From Schizochytrium sp. TIO01 (taxonomy: Eukaryota; Protista; Bigyra: Labyrinthulomycetes), in NCBI GenBank assembly GCA_004764695.1, contig SMSO01000025.1, positions 1,364,001-1,428,000 on the forward strand: a DNA stretch of 64,000 bases, in the 5' to 3' direction. Each line of letters opens with the position of its first letter. Within the stretch, counting starts at the first letter, position 1. Below, in pieces: positions 11,101-22,562 of the stretch. Both the position numbers and the translations under genes were made by a program. The notes under the pieces were generated by a model. That model worked only from the letters and a program-made list of their open reading frames with translations, was not told the origin of the DNA and ran no database searches.

Positions 11101-14100
11101 TTAAAGCTTAGTAAGCTTTTCAAGCTGATCTCCCCAGTAAACCGACCAGCGATTCTCTTCAGCCAGCATCCCACGGAATTTAGTGTCTACCCCAGTACAA
11201 GCTTCACGAAACCACTCTACAAAACTATCATATGCCCGGTGTCTCTCTAAAATGACACTACGATGTTGCATCGTATCAAGAGTCTCCTTGGAGTCCACTA
11301 GGATCTGCGACGGGGTTTGTACTACATCACCCTCAGATCCAGGCTCGGGTAGACCCTCATCAAGTCTGTTGTCAAATGCAGTGCGAAGCTTGTTTAGGGA
11401 CACACTATCCAAAATGGGCCATGACTTCCGAACAAGGCCACGCGGATCCATATTAGCAAGGCCGTCAGCATCATTCTGTTCCTTTGTTTCTACCTGAAGG
11501 CGGGTTTTTCGCAGCCTTCGCAACCCCATACGCTTCGTAACAACCTCGTCATCCCCGGGCAAAGCACGTAGGTCGATAGGAAGAATCATGGAGTCTAACA
11601 ACATTAAAAGTGTGCATGAACACAACTTCAGTGCCTCAGAAAACGTGTCTGCCTCTTTACGAAGACCTTGAAGAATCTCAGTATGCGTACTTTGCAGCTT
11701 TTCCCTTGAACTCTCCAGACGAGACTTTTCACTTTCGCACAACTGAGCAAGATCCATTTTATGATTTGGATCTCCAATGATGGGTCGCAAAAGATTCCTA
11801 TGGCCGAGACGCATTTTTTCACTCCGTCTATGAAATTCAGCAAAATCTGCTTCTTGATCTTCACGTGAAAGATTTCCATAATATTGTGCGCGAAGAACAA
11901 AGTACCCAAGAGCTACTGCAGGTGCTTCGACTAAAAGCTCTTGCGTGTGTGTAATCTGTTCTCGAAGGCGGCGCGAGGCATCCTCCTGTGCTTGTCGACC
12001 TTTCTCTTCAAACTCACGCAGAAAAACAACAAGAGACTCCGGTAGGAGCTCACCGTCGGGCGTGAGCCTCTTCCCGGATTCCAAGAGCTCGCTCATCATA
12101 CCTTCGGCCTCATATAGCTCAGTTGTGTCCTTTCGACACTGTGCCTGTGCACTTTCTAGGACCGCACGAAAGGTTCCCTCCTGGCTCACGCCTGTTCCCA
12201 TTGCTACTGTCACAGCCTCCTCATTCATACCTTCAACAAGAGGGTCATTTGGAAGGTCCTGCAACTCAAGAGTTTCTGGCTTAGGAGCTTGATCAAAGTC
12301 CTTCAAGAACTCTAAATATTTTGCACGCCTCCATGTACACTTGCGGATAGAGTCAATGACAATCTTGATACGTAAAGCTAGTGACTTCGTTTCCTCGGCA
12401 ATGTTTTGGGCACTTGCTGAATGTATCAGCATCTCAAGCTCACGGATCAAGCCATCGATGAAGGTTTCACCGGCCTTAGAGCGAGATAGCTCTGAACGGA
12501 GTCTCTCTTGTGCCTTGCGTCGAGGAGCACCGTATTTACGACCAAGGCCCTCTCGTACTGAAAGTGCTTGTAAGCATTGCTCAAAATTCTGTGTTAAAGC
12601 AGAAGACATGGTAACACGTGTATCTTTGATCAAGGTAAAGAGACTTTGCAGTTCTTCGGCACGAGTTTGAATATCACGAATTACCCTCTCCTCCACAAGA
12701 GCCAAAGCCCGTCGCTCATTGGCAATCTCATCCTGGTTATAATCACCTCCACTTTCGAATGGAGTACAAGTCGAAAGAAACTGGCGATTCATATCTAGTA
12801 GTTCATTGTTTCGACGCACAAAAGGCATCAATGCTTCCTTTTCGTCCTCCATTGCATCTTTGAACGAGGCTACCGTATCTTTGCCCTTTTTAGCAAGACC
12901 TTGGAGGGCTGCAGCGTTTGACTGTGCCTCCAAATGCAGCTGTAGACCATTCATAAACTGCTTAAACTTGCGCAGTGCTTCCTTAACTTTTCCTAACTTT
13001 CGTTGAAACTGCTGACCTTGATGTGTGTTTTTCAGCTGGAATGCACGTACATGCCTGTCGTGGCGTTGCTGATGTTGTAATAGCTCCCCAGCTCGAGGTT
13101 GTTGAAACTTTACATCAGTGCGGCCCTTTCGAGGCCAGTGTAAACGAAGACGCTCTTCGAGCTCTTCAGTGTAGTCTTCACAGCGCTCACTGCAAAGAGA
13201 TTCCATCTCTGACTCTCGGTGGGCTCTATACTCGCAAGTGGAAGCGAAAACAGCATCCCGTAGCTGCTCAATTAATGGAATCACGTGTTCCTCCTTAATT
13301 GAAAGACTTGCCCATGATTGAATAGGTTTTGACGCATGTGCTTCTGGCTTTTCTGACTCTTTGCTCTTATCGAGAGCATCCACTGGCATCTCGATTGTTG
13401 ATGAAATTTCACATTTGTCATCTACAATATCATCCTCAACGCCAACATCCTTTGCATCGACATTTAAAGCCTGCTCGTTATCATTCTCAGACGCAACGAC
13501 ATCGTTTTGAGACCCGCTATCTGACACTGCATCTTCCTGATGTGTCCGTTCATCCTCAAGGATCAGTGCTGCTTTTTCTTCTTCGCTCAGAGGTAGTTTT
13601 AAGAGGAACACTGCGAGATCTTTAGAGGTTCTATCTTGTTCAAAGTGGAATTTAGATTTGAAGATAAAGGAGAGAGGTCGAAGCGTTGATGAATCACCCT
13701 CTGAGGGTGTTTCACCAGGGTCAATACTCCGCTCTTTAAAACTTTGATTTGTGTCCTCTTCAGTACCGCTGTTACTGTTTTTCTCAACGTCGTCACCTGG
13801 TGATAACCCTCCATCCTCAGAACTGTATTCGTCAACGAGTTCCGGGTCTGCCAAGCCTTCTTTGACCTCGCTACCACCTCCATCATTAGCAATTGAATTC
13901 TCCAGAGGATCCACTTCATCGTTGAGAGGCTGCCGACTTCTTATATCTTCTGTCTTGCCTTCTTCAACATATGCCTGTTTTATTGGCGTGTTTATCTCCA
14001 AGCTAGAAGGTTCGCTAGCTGCCTTGGTAGTATGTTGAAACCCAAAGTGAGTTGCAACTTTGCAGTGGCTCTCATATGCCTCATTCTCAGCTCTCTTTGG

Positions 14101-16770
14101 ATGCTCACGTGACAGCACGACCCCATCATGATGATACTTTCGGTATCCAGCATCGATCTCAGCAAGTAGCTGCAGGGCTTCCTCAAAGTATTCATTAAGC
14201 GAACTTCGATCTGGAGCATGTCGAAGCCTTTCAACCGTTTCAGTGAATTGCTTCTCTTTTCTTCCGTCAGATTCTTCAAAATTATCTGCAAGATGATCTA
14301 AAGCATTTTCAAAGTTAATATCTGTTTGCTCATCTCCCTCCCTTGAGGCTTGTAGAATCTGAGCGCAGCCGGCCACAAAGTCACACAGACTCTTGGAATG
14401 AAATGCTAATCTCTGAGCCTGTTTTGCCATGTGTTCGTTTAGTGCTTGACGATACGCTTTGATCTCTTGTTGACGGAGAATCACACGATCTGTGCAATGT
14501 TTTGCAATCACCCCATCCACAGTCGTGTTCACGTTCACTTGAATACGAAGGGTATCTCTGCATGCTTGGAGCTCGTTTAAGATATCTATTGGAAGGCTTG
14601 AAGTATGGACCAGAGTTCCAAGCATTTTTTGAGCCGTACGCAAGTCTACCAAATTAATCGGTTTGGCTTTGTACGCAAGCTCTGCAGAGTTAGGATCATA
14701 GGTTTGGTGAGACTCGAAGGCCTCGGTATCATCCTCTTTATTATCATGCTCTGACTGGGAAACCCTGCTCACAGCCCCAGCTACCTCCTGTGGTGCAATG
14801 TCAGAGCTTGACTCTGTCTTAGATTCGCCAGAAATTGAAGACTCATCTTCATTCACTTCATTATTTAAGGACGGATCGACTTCCTCTAGCAGACGAATCG
14901 CTTCGGTGATTTCCTTCTCGAGATAGTTCCCGAGGGGAGAACAAGTTAAAAGAAGAAGCGTCGCTTGGCGATGTAGGATTGGCACTAACGGAGCGAGTTC
15001 TGATGTTGCTCCAACTCGAAGCTTCTCCAAAGTTGATTGAATGCCTTTGAGGTCTGAAGATTTACCCTCATCTTCATGGAGCTGCATGATGCCTCGTGCC
15101 TCGACCAAAAGCTCAATTCGGTACAATAGCTTTTCTAAGTGTTCGTTGTAAATGAGTTGTGGCTTAGCCAGAGTTGTAACGATATTTGTAAGTTCACTCT
15201 TGAGTCCCCCACTTCTGCGGAAAAAGTCATCAAGGTTATCATCCGTCATCATATTATGCAGACGCATCCTATGCTCTGCACCACGACCTCGCTCTCCTTG
15301 CGTAAAAATGTCTCCCAAGTCCGCCAAAGCAGCGTACTCATGAATTTCTGCTCGCAGCGCCTCTTGTGTTTGCTCCATGCTAGCCTTCATCTCACCTTCA
15401 TGCTTGAGAAGTGCCTCTGCAAGCTGCTCGCACTCAAGGTTTTCCTCTTCATCAAGTTTCTGAAGCGTTTGCCTAATTTCATTGATTCGCTCCATCGTTA
15501 AATGAGGGAGGTTTAAGGGAATTTCAGAGGCATTTGAATCTATAGTTGGCACAAGATGTTGAAGGTCAGAAATTAGTTCTAGCCGTTGCTCTTCATGGCG
15601 AACTCGCTGGCTCTTCTCTGCCTCTAAGATAATATCATGTCTTTCAGAAGGATCACAGAATCGATCAGAGTCCAGAAGATCACTCCATTCATGCAAAGCG
15701 CGCTCATGCCGGAGGAATCTCCATCGAGTTTCTGCCCTTTCCCAATGAGCCTTGGTATGATGAAAAACTGAGACCTGATGCCGTAGCATCCTTGCTGTCA
15801 GATCATTTTTTATTTTCAAATTGTTGATCACAACAATATTTATCTCGTGCGCCTCTCGCTCTGCAATGCGAGCTATCTCTCCTTGTAATTTGTAGCTGAT
15901 CGCAACTAGACCTTCCACAAGACTCGAGAGTTCTGTACTAGTTTGTACTGTACGATTTTCCTCTACGGCATCCAAAGCAGCGTCAAATGATAAAATAGCT
16001 TGTTTTCGCTCCTCGCAGAGAGCCCCCAGTCGTACCCAAGCCTGACAAACGTATTCATAATCTTGCATACGCAATTGAGCTTCATCGCGAAGCTCTAAAA
16101 CCACCTCACGAATTGCTTCGTCCATTGCTTCGAGTTTGTCTCGTAAATCTCGACCAAAGTCGATTACTTTCTTTTCCAAGGCATCTGATATTTCCGCAAC
16201 TTTAACTTTAAAACCTCGTAGTGCCTCATCATGGCGCAGCTGCCTAGACTTCGACATGTCTTTTACCTTAGACAAACCAGTGGAAGATTCTGTTTTTCCT
16301 GGCAGTCTGGGTAGAATTTGCACACGCGCAAGCTCATTTGCTTTAACAAGATATTCCCGTTCCTCGTTTATTGGTATTTCGGGGCGGAAACCTTCCAGCT
16401 CCTTTTTTGTCATCTTTAAATAGTCTGGCCTTAGCCTCTGCTCAAGATCTGCCTCTGCTGGTGTCAACCAAGGCTTTTCATCAGGTTTACGAGCTAAGGA
16501 TACACCTTCTTTAGCAAGAGATTTTCGAGGCGTTGCAATGCCTCGCAAAACCTGCAGTTCTGCCTGGTACCTTGTAGCTTTGCCATTTACTATAAAGTCT
16601 TCATCTTCAAAGCGACTTTCTGCTTCACTGTCGCTATCACTATCATGTGGATCATCAAGTTCGTTCACGAGGGCGCGAGCCTGAGCTTCCTCTTCTGCGA
16701 TTCTACGTTCTTCAACATCATCTTCGATGATCGCTTCTGCCCCTTGTGTGCCAACCCCGCTGAGAAACAT
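11101..16770 (-). CDS. CCDC180: Coiled-coil domain-containing protein 180 homolog (DUF4455/DUF4456; flagellar-associated)
   Basis: 1889-aa coiled-coil ORF. ELEERLRLHWPRKGRTDVKFQQPRAGELLQHQQRHDRH, FESGGDYNQDEI, GRKYGAPRR and HRNLLRPIIGDPN match recalled CCDC180 motifs; central acidic linker. Confidence 0.78.
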   Translation of the reverse strand: MFLSGVGTQGAEAIIEDDVEERRIAEEEAQARALVNELDDPHDSDSDSEAESRFEDEDFIVNGKATRYQAELQVLRGIATPRKSLAKEGVSLARKPDEKPWLTPAEADLEQRLRPDYLKMTKKELEGFRPEIPINEEREYLVKANELARVQILPRLPGKTESSTGLSKVKDMSKSRQLRHDEALRGFKVKVAEISDALEKKVIDFGRDLRDKLEAMDEAIREVVLELRDEAQLRMQDYEYVCQAWVRLGALCEERKQAILSFDAALDAVEENRTVQTSTELSSLVEGLVAISYKLQGEIARIAEREAHEINIVVINNLKIKNDLTARMLRHQVSVFHHTKAHWERAETRWRFLRHERALHEWSDLLDSDRFCDPSERHDIILEAEKSQRVRHEEQRLELISDLQHLVPTIDSNASEIPLNLPHLTMERINEIRQTLQKLDEEENLECEQLAEALLKHEGEMKASMEQTQEALRAEIHEYAALADLGDIFTQGERGRGAEHRMRLHNMMTDDNLDDFFRRSGGLKSELTNIVTTLAKPQLIYNEHLEKLLYRIELLVEARGIMQLHEDEGKSSDLKGIQSTLEKLRVGATSELAPLVPILHRQATLLLLTCSPLGNYLEKEITEAIRLLEEVDPSLNNEVNEDESSISGESKTESSSDIAPQEVAGAVSRVSQSEHDNKEDDTEAFESHQTYDPNSAELAYKAKPINLVDLRTAQKMLGTLVHTSSLPIDILNELQACRDTLRIQVNVNTTVDGVIAKHCTDRVILRQQEIKAYRQALNEHMAKQAQRLAFHSKSLCDFVAGCAQILQASREGDEQTDINFENALDHLADNFEESDGRKEKQFTETVERLRHAPDRSSLNEYFEEALQLLAEIDAGYRKYHHDGVVLSREHPKRAENEAYESHCKVATHFGFQHTTKAASEPSSLEINTPIKQAYVEEGKTEDIRSRQPLNDEVDPLENSIANDGGGSEVKEGLADPELVDEYSSEDGGLSPGDDVEKNSNSGTEEDTNQSFKERSIDPGETPSEGDSSTLRPLSFIFKSKFHFEQDRTSKDLAVFLLKLPLSEEEKAALILEDERTHQEDAVSDSGSQNDVVASENDNEQALNVDAKDVGVEDDIVDDKCEISSTIEMPVDALDKSKESEKPEAHASKPIQSWASLSIKEEHVIPLIEQLRDAVFASTCEYRAHRESEMESLCSERCEDYTEELEERLRLHWPRKGRTDVKFQQPRAGELLQHQQRHDRHVRAFQLKNTHQGQQFQRKLGKVKEALRKFKQFMNGLQLHLEAQSNAAALQGLAKKGKDTVASFKDAMEDEKEALMPFVRRNNELLDMNRQFLSTCTPFESGGDYNQDEIANERRALALVEERVIRDIQTRAEELQSLFTLIKDTRVTMSSALTQNFEQCLQALSVREGLGRKYGAPRRKAQERLRSELSRSKAGETFIDGLIRELEMLIHSASAQNIAEETKSLALRIKIVIDSIRKCTWRRAKYLEFLKDFDQAPKPETLELQDLPNDPLVEGMNEEAVTVAMGTGVSQEGTFRAVLESAQAQCRKDTTELYEAEGMMSELLESGKRLTPDGELLPESLVVFLREFEEKGRQAQEDASRRLREQITHTQELLVEAPAVALGYFVLRAQYYGNLSREDQEADFAEFHRRSEKMRLGHRNLLRPIIGDPNHKMDLAQLCESEKSRLESSREKLQSTHTEILQGLRKEADTFSEALKLCSCTLLMLLDSMILPIDLRALPGDDEVVTKRMGLRRLRKTRLQVETKEQNDADGLANMDPRGLVRKSWPILDSVSLNKLRTAFDNRLDEGLPEPGSEGDVVQTPSQILVDSKETLDTMQHRSVILERHRAYDSFVEWFREACTGVDTKFRGMLAEENRWSVYWGDQLEKLTKL

Positions 16771-16803
16771 TTTCTCTATACTAATTCGCGCTTGTGACTC
16801 TAC

Positions 16804-16917
16804 GCCTTAACCCTGTACAATTGTGCAGCTTTGCCCATGAAAGTCCGCGCGCCGTTCCTCTAAGCCTTCGCCCTGTACAATTTTGTAGCTTTGCCCATGA
16901 AAGTCCGTACGCCGTTC
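16804..16917. repeat. 60-bp tandem duplication just upstream of the CCDC180 ATG
   Basis: ccctgtacaattgtgcagctttgcccatgaaagtccgcgcgccgttc (16811) vs ccctgtacaattttgtagctttgcccatgaaagtccgtacgccgttc (16871). Confidence 0.9.
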
Positions 16918-17530
16918 AATATAGCAAGACGCTCGTTATGAAGCAATGCAACTTGTCAGGTCTACCAGCTGCCGTTGTTGCTCATTTAAATTGTACTAAC
17001 AGCTGCTCCTTCTAGCTAGTTAACATCGAAATGTACTTTTCTGCAAACAGTATCGTAGAAGCTGCACTTTATTATACTGTGAGCATAGGACTATGTCTCG
17101 TTTAATCCTTTGAGTTTGATATGCGTGTGCACACCTGCCTGCTTATAAAAATGCTTTAGCTTCACAAGGTACCTAATACTTTGATTTCACTTGCCGTGAG
17201 CCTTTCTCTTTTGTATTTTCTCAAATCTCCTTTGCTCACACAATTGAAGAAAGAAGCATCGCTCTGCTTTCCTCAACGGCTAGTTCTGTATTCCCAAGAA
17301 TAGAAAAGTCGATAGACTACTTGTAAACTAAATATGCTATTTGCAGTTTCTAGCTACAAGTGAAGTATAGGACACTCCTACTTAAATAAGTAATAGCACT
17401 TTTGCAATGGTGTTGTTTATTGTTTTTTTGTTGTTGTGATTTTTTAATTCATTAAATGTCCCTAATAGTCACAATAGTTTTCTCTCTTCATATCCAGTTC
17501 GTACACGTGGCGAGAACTGGGCTACCCAGG

Positions 17531-18616
17531 ATGAATGCTCGCGAAGCGTTTGCAGGCGCTATCATAATGGTTTCGACAGTTTCTCTGTTATCATGGGCTT
17601 GGCGACGCCAATTTGCCTGCCAGACCTCTTCAAAGGTGCTTGTCGGGGTAGATGTAGGCGGGACGTCAATTAAAGCTACTGTGCTTCATCTCGACGGGAC
17701 ACCCTGCTCTCAAATCGAGGAGCCCTTAGTCGATTGGGGTTTTGAGGCAGTATGTGCACACATTGCAAAAACTGTAGAGGCTGCCCTTGCCGAAAGCCAA
17801 AACTCTGCGAGCTCGCTTGAAGGAATTGGCATATGTGTACCTGGTCTTGTTGACGCCAATACCGGACAGGTTCTCTTTGCTGCCAATTTCCCGGCATGGC
17901 CAAGGCCGGCACCGTTTGCACAGAGCTTGGGATCCCTTTTAGGTCAAAAGCCTGTTATTGATAATGATGCAAACGCAGCACTTTGTGCAGAACTCTGGGT
18001 CGGCGCTGCTCGAGGAGCACAAGATATTGTTATGTTGACGCTTGGTACAGGGATCGGCTCTTCTATTTTGTGTGGAGGTCGCCTTCTGCGAGGTGCAAAC
18101 AATGCTGCTGGAGAACTTGGACATAGTATTCTAATTCCGAACGGTGAACGCTACTCTGAGAAAACTGGCGTCCGTGGCATTCTCGAAGACTATGCCAGTG
18201 CAAGAGCTGTGGGTGAGCTCGCTCGCGAAGCTTTGGCCCGCGGAGAGATGCCGTCTTCAAAGCTGTATCAGCTGCAAAAGAAAGGAATTGAGGTCACTTG
18301 TAAACATGTGTTTGAGCTTGCTCAGCGCGACCATGATGAGCTTGCAATGAGAATAGTAGACCAGACCGGCGAATACCTCGGCATTGCTGCAGTGAATATT
18401 GTGCGTGCTTTTGACCCTTCTATGATTTTGTTTGGAGGAGGAATGACTCGCGCTGGCAATTTTTTGCTGCAGTCTATTGAGAGAGGGTTTGCCAAACACT
18501 ACTGGACGCTCAGTAAGCCGACTTGCCACCTCGCATTTGCTGCCCTTGGGCCTGAAGCTGGAGCTGTAGGTGCTGCCTATTTGGCTCATCCCCAACACCT
18601 CAAAAGAAAACATTGA
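17531..18616 (+). CDS. ROK-family sugar kinase (glucokinase-like) with N-terminal hydrophobic anchor
   Basis: VGVDVGGTSIK, GIGICVPG, IDNDANAALCAE, LTLGTGIG, G.NNAAGELGH, LEDYASA, FDPSMILFGGG, EAGAVGAA. Start chosen at ATG 17531 (ATG 17456 is an alternative). Confidence 0.9.
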   Translation: MNAREAFAGAIIMVSTVSLLSWAWRRQFACQTSSKVLVGVDVGGTSIKATVLHLDGTPCSQIEEPLVDWGFEAVCAHIAKTVEAALAESQNSASSLEGIGICVPGLVDANTGQVLFAANFPAWPRPAPFAQSLGSLLGQKPVIDNDANAALCAELWVGAARGAQDIVMLTLGTGIGSSILCGGRLLRGANNAAGELGHSILIPNGERYSEKTGVRGILEDYASARAVGELAREALARGEMPSSKLYQLQKKGIEVTCKHVFELAQRDHDELAMRIVDQTGEYLGIAAVNIVRAFDPSMILFGGGMTRAGNFLLQSIERGFAKHYWTLSKPTCHLAFAALGPEAGAVGAAYLAHPQHLKRKH

Positions 18617-19169
18617 ATCATAACCTGAAATTAGATATTATTGTGTATGCTAAGCTTCAAAATGGGTTGAGATTCCCATCTCCATTCCTCTTATCGTTTG
18701 AGTCTCGCTAGCCAGAGCTGAGCGAAGCGAAAAGGGGAAATTGTTCTTCTATATTGTTGTATTCTTCTCTTTCCCAAGCAGCACCTGTTGTAGTAGGGTC
18801 TGTGGAGATTGAAATTTGTACAACTGCCATCAATTTATAGATGGCATGAGAAATATACCTCTTTATACTACAACAAGAGTACAGACAATCGTTTAAAATG
18901 GCTCAGCCGTTGCTGCATGTAGGTATTATCTAGGAACCTGCAGCTTCAAAGCGTCTTATAAGAATATGCTAAAGGAGCGCAGTAAGTGGGCAAAGTTCAG
19001 AAACAAAAAATGTGGCAATGAAAATATAGGAATCCTCGTGGTAATTCGTTGTTTAAAAAAATATCAAACACTAAGTAGTATGTAGGACCGCGGGAAATCC
19101 AACATGGTGCGCAGCATCCTGTTTCATCAAGCAGGAAAGAGTTGCACATATAGCAGCACATGTTCATAG

Positions 19170-20629
19170 TCATTGGAAGGTAAACAACTTAGCCATGAGG
19201 TATGCAAGTACAGCGACCAGCATGACTTGCCAAAGCGCGTACCCATTTTGGATTGTTGGGCTGGCAATTGTTGCGTCCGGTGCAGCAGTTGCCGACGAGC
19301 CTACTGCTGATCTTGCGGAACGGGTGGCAGAATCTCCCTTCTTTAAAACAGCAATCTCCTTGGTAGCATCCTTCAGAGAGGCTTTAAATCGGTCACGCTC
19401 TGCGGTGAGCTGCACAGTGAAATTAATGAGTTCCTGGTACTTCTTACGAAGCTCTGCGTAATCCTCCAGCGGAGCTTCACCCGATCCGTCCAATCCTGCC
19501 TTCTCTTTGTTCAGGTCAATACCCTGGGCAACGCTAACGTTTGACAAGTTGTTTGCGGCAAGAAGCTCATCTGTACTTTCAGGATAGTTAAAGGTACATG
19601 TTAGCTTTTTATGAACAAGCTCGTCCCGAGTGGTCTCCGCCCACATGTCTTTCAACTCGTTGCCAAGAGCCTTGCTATCGTTCTCCTTGTGGTACTCCTG
19701 CAGTTTGGGCAAAAAGGTTTCCTTCACCGCAGCACATTGAACCAAGAACTTATTATCTTTGCAATCCTGGTCAAGCTGGTTGTACCCGGTGATCTTTTCC
19801 TGGCGCAACTGCTTAGCGTCCTTGATTTGCAAGCTGATCTGCACGGAGGAGACGCTACCGACAGGGATCACCCCCTGATTTGGTCGGACCAGGTATCGCT
19901 TCGGATGTGTTGTCTTTATCTTAAAAGCTACCATCTTGTCAGACCTGTGCATAGCAACATAATTAAGTACATATCCCAAGACCGCGTTACGCCGTGAAGT
20001 GATTCCCCAGGTTTATTAATGGTCAGTATACCCACCATTCCACCAAAGCAGTGAAGCCACCAAACAAGTAATTCATGCCAAAGAATCCAAGATCATTCAA
20101 GTATACAAATGTGGGCATTCGCATGTGTAAAAAATGTTTCGTGCGTTGCGTACAGTCCGTGAGATAGTTAGTTGTCCCTGCATGTCCCATTTGTTTCTTG
20201 GTCCCGAAAGCTGTTTAGTCCATTTGACCCGACCTTCAAAGTCCATCCCACCGGCCAGAAACGTCTTCGCAGAGCTGATCACAATGTATTAAAACCCTGT
20301 GTAGCCTTCCATCGCTCATTTGCACTAAAGGTTTGATCAATAGGGTTGGATTTATTCAAAGGGCTTCTTGCCTCTACATTTGAGGCGCAGGAACGCTATA
20401 AACTTAATCAATTCCAAGCTGTCCCTAACGAGCCCAAGCTCGTTGTGTGCAAAACACTTGAAGGACCCTTCGTTACCAGCGTCAGCGTTCTCTGCGCTGG
20501 TCGATGCCTACCTGCATCTATTTGTACTTACGTGTTCTCAACCTTGAGCGTGACAGACGGTTCTTTCTCCCCCATGGGAAAGTCCACGCTCACGGGATCT
20601 AGCTTGACCAGCTGCATCTTGACCGACAT
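19170..20629 (-). CDS. VAP: VAMP-associated protein (VAP/Scs2 family, MSP domain + coiled coil + C-terminal TM); exons 20629-20532 and 19944-19170, ~290 aa
   Basis: Exon 1 MSVKMQLVKLDPVSVDFPMGEKEPSVTLKVEN ends at a GTAAGT donor (20531). The CACAG acceptor (19945) joins in frame to SDKMVAFKIKTTHPKRYLVRPNQG (MSP signature); KFLVQ; C-terminal TM YALWQVMLVAVLAYLMAKLF. Confidence 0.92.
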
Positions 20630-21534
20630 GGTGTCCGCGGCTCCGGCTGGTGGCGGTTGAGACCAGGCGGGACCTCTCGGCGCCAGGTGGCACTCTAAGC
20701 TGCTTGTGGCTTCTCAGGTGTTTCGGCCGTCGCAAGCGCTGGCAGCAATCGTCGTTTGGTCGCTTTTTCTTCTATGTATCTCGATTTTCGATTTCGCTCT
20801 CTTTCTTTCTTTCCTCCAAAATAATAGAGTTTATTTATTTTGCTATCATAATCATTCATTACCCATTTGCCTTCTTTTTTGCTATTGATCTTCAGAAAAT
20901 ACACTTTAGAAGTCTACTACAATGAAGTACGGAGATAGGCATTTGCGAAACTTGGCAAATTTCGCAATAAGGCAACCACTTCTCTAGCAAATTCCTATCG
21001 CACGCCGTGATGTGCACAGGCCCTGCGTCCTCAGCGTCTATCGTGCAGGTTTGCTTCGTCGCCCTGCTGGCAAGAGGCCCGGAAATGCGAGACTCATATT
21101 TCATTTCTACTGTAGCCTATTCATAGTTCGTTTCAACTTTCGATCTTTTAGCCAACTGGCCTATTTCGACTTTGGGCACTTGAGCAAGGTATTCTTCACT
21201 TTGCGTGCAGCGCGCACAGTACAGTATACTGACCTTCTTATAGAGATCTTCCACGCACAGTGGACTAAAGCAAGCAGACAACCACTTCGTCGTTTCGAGG
21301 AAAGAAAGCAGCGGAAAGAAAAGGCCATTACGCTTTCTTTCCTACTTTGCAGGGTAATATGCACTAGGTGATTTGATTTCTTTTACTATTTTTAATGTAC
21401 GCAAGGAGGAAGAGGCAGAAGAAGATTTTTATCTAATTTTTAATCAATTTTTTAAAATAGAAAAGTAAAACATGTTAGGTAGGTGGGTATCGCCTATTCT
21501 TACTATTTACCTAGCTTCTTTTTGTTTCTGTTTC

Positions 21535-21543
21535 AATGATAAC

Positions 21544-21621
<78 letters not shown>
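21535..21621. repeat. (AATGAT)n/(AAT)17 microsatellite
   Basis: Directly visible; pure AAT run 21571-21621. Confidence 0.95.
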
Positions 21622-21622
<1 letters not shown>

Positions 21623-22366
21623 TGATATGATATGTTACCTATCCTATAAGTAGGGTTACATACTACCTACGTTTACATACTACCTACCTTTCCTACCACC
21701 ACTCTGGAACTGATAATATGATTTTGCTTGGAAAAATAGATACGAAGTGAATAGCGAAATTCCAGACATCCAAGACATCCATGAAGATGAAAGAATGGCA
21801 TCGTGGAATAAAATACACCATTGTTCTTCACAACGCATGAACTCGGGTATTGATTTGTTGGCAACATGTTTTCTCCAATTAAATCCTTTGTGCCGCATTA
21901 CCCATCAGGCACCACCAAGGAGTAGAGGAGTAGTTCTAGCTTTGCTTTTCAGTTATACTAATTGCCTTCTGCTATTTTGGGGGGTTTTGTTATAAACTTA
22001 AAAGACCATTATTTTATTACTATTTTTATTTGTCAAGTTATTTAATTAAAATCAATTATAAAAACAAAATACTAAAGCAACAGAGTTTTGTATTGCTCAT
22101 GAGGTGGCAGAGGTGACAGAGAGGCTTTTTTATGCAACGCTGACGCATTCTTACTGCATGTTTGGCGCTCAAATGGGCTGCTTTAAGCGCCAAACAAATT
22201 GAATTCCCACGTGGAAGTACTTCCGCTAAATAATGTGGAGACTTCAGCGGATAAGGGTACAGCGCGATAGATGAACAGCCGTTTAGACAGGTAGGCAAGT
22301 ACCTACCTACTACGCTATATATGCATCTACTCCTCTGAGGCCAACTAGAAGGCTATTGTCGGGCTG

Positions 22367-22562
22367 CTCCCCTCAAAGGGGTTCTCTCCACTGGAAATAT
22401 ACACTCACAATCTTTCCAGTGGAGAAGAGAAGGTTTTCCCCTATTTGCTTTAAATTATATTGATATATGGTCAGTGGTACGGCCACTGATCTTCCACTGG
22501 AGATATGTTTTATTTTCCAGTTGTTAGTTTAACTTATTGTCGTCAGTGGAATGAGAGGGGAG
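22367..22562. other. Nested inverted-repeat element (structured ncRNA or MITE-like remnant)
   Basis: Outer ctcccctc/gaggggag; inner tctccactggaaa/tttccagtggaga; tcagtgg/ccactga; ttccactg/cagtggaa. Confidence 0.5.

Noticed and set aside
16771-16940. N-terminal coding extension of CCDC180 via the 60-bp (20-codon) repeat
   Set aside because: In-frame stops at 16807-16809 and 16936-16938, and no upstream in-frame ATG.
19945-19979. ORF-track start of VAP (also 23634 for centrin, 31786 for MTFP1, 9418 for NCBP2)
   Set aside because: These are non-ATG starts in introns, mid-exon or UTR; spliced or ATG models give complete family-typical proteins.
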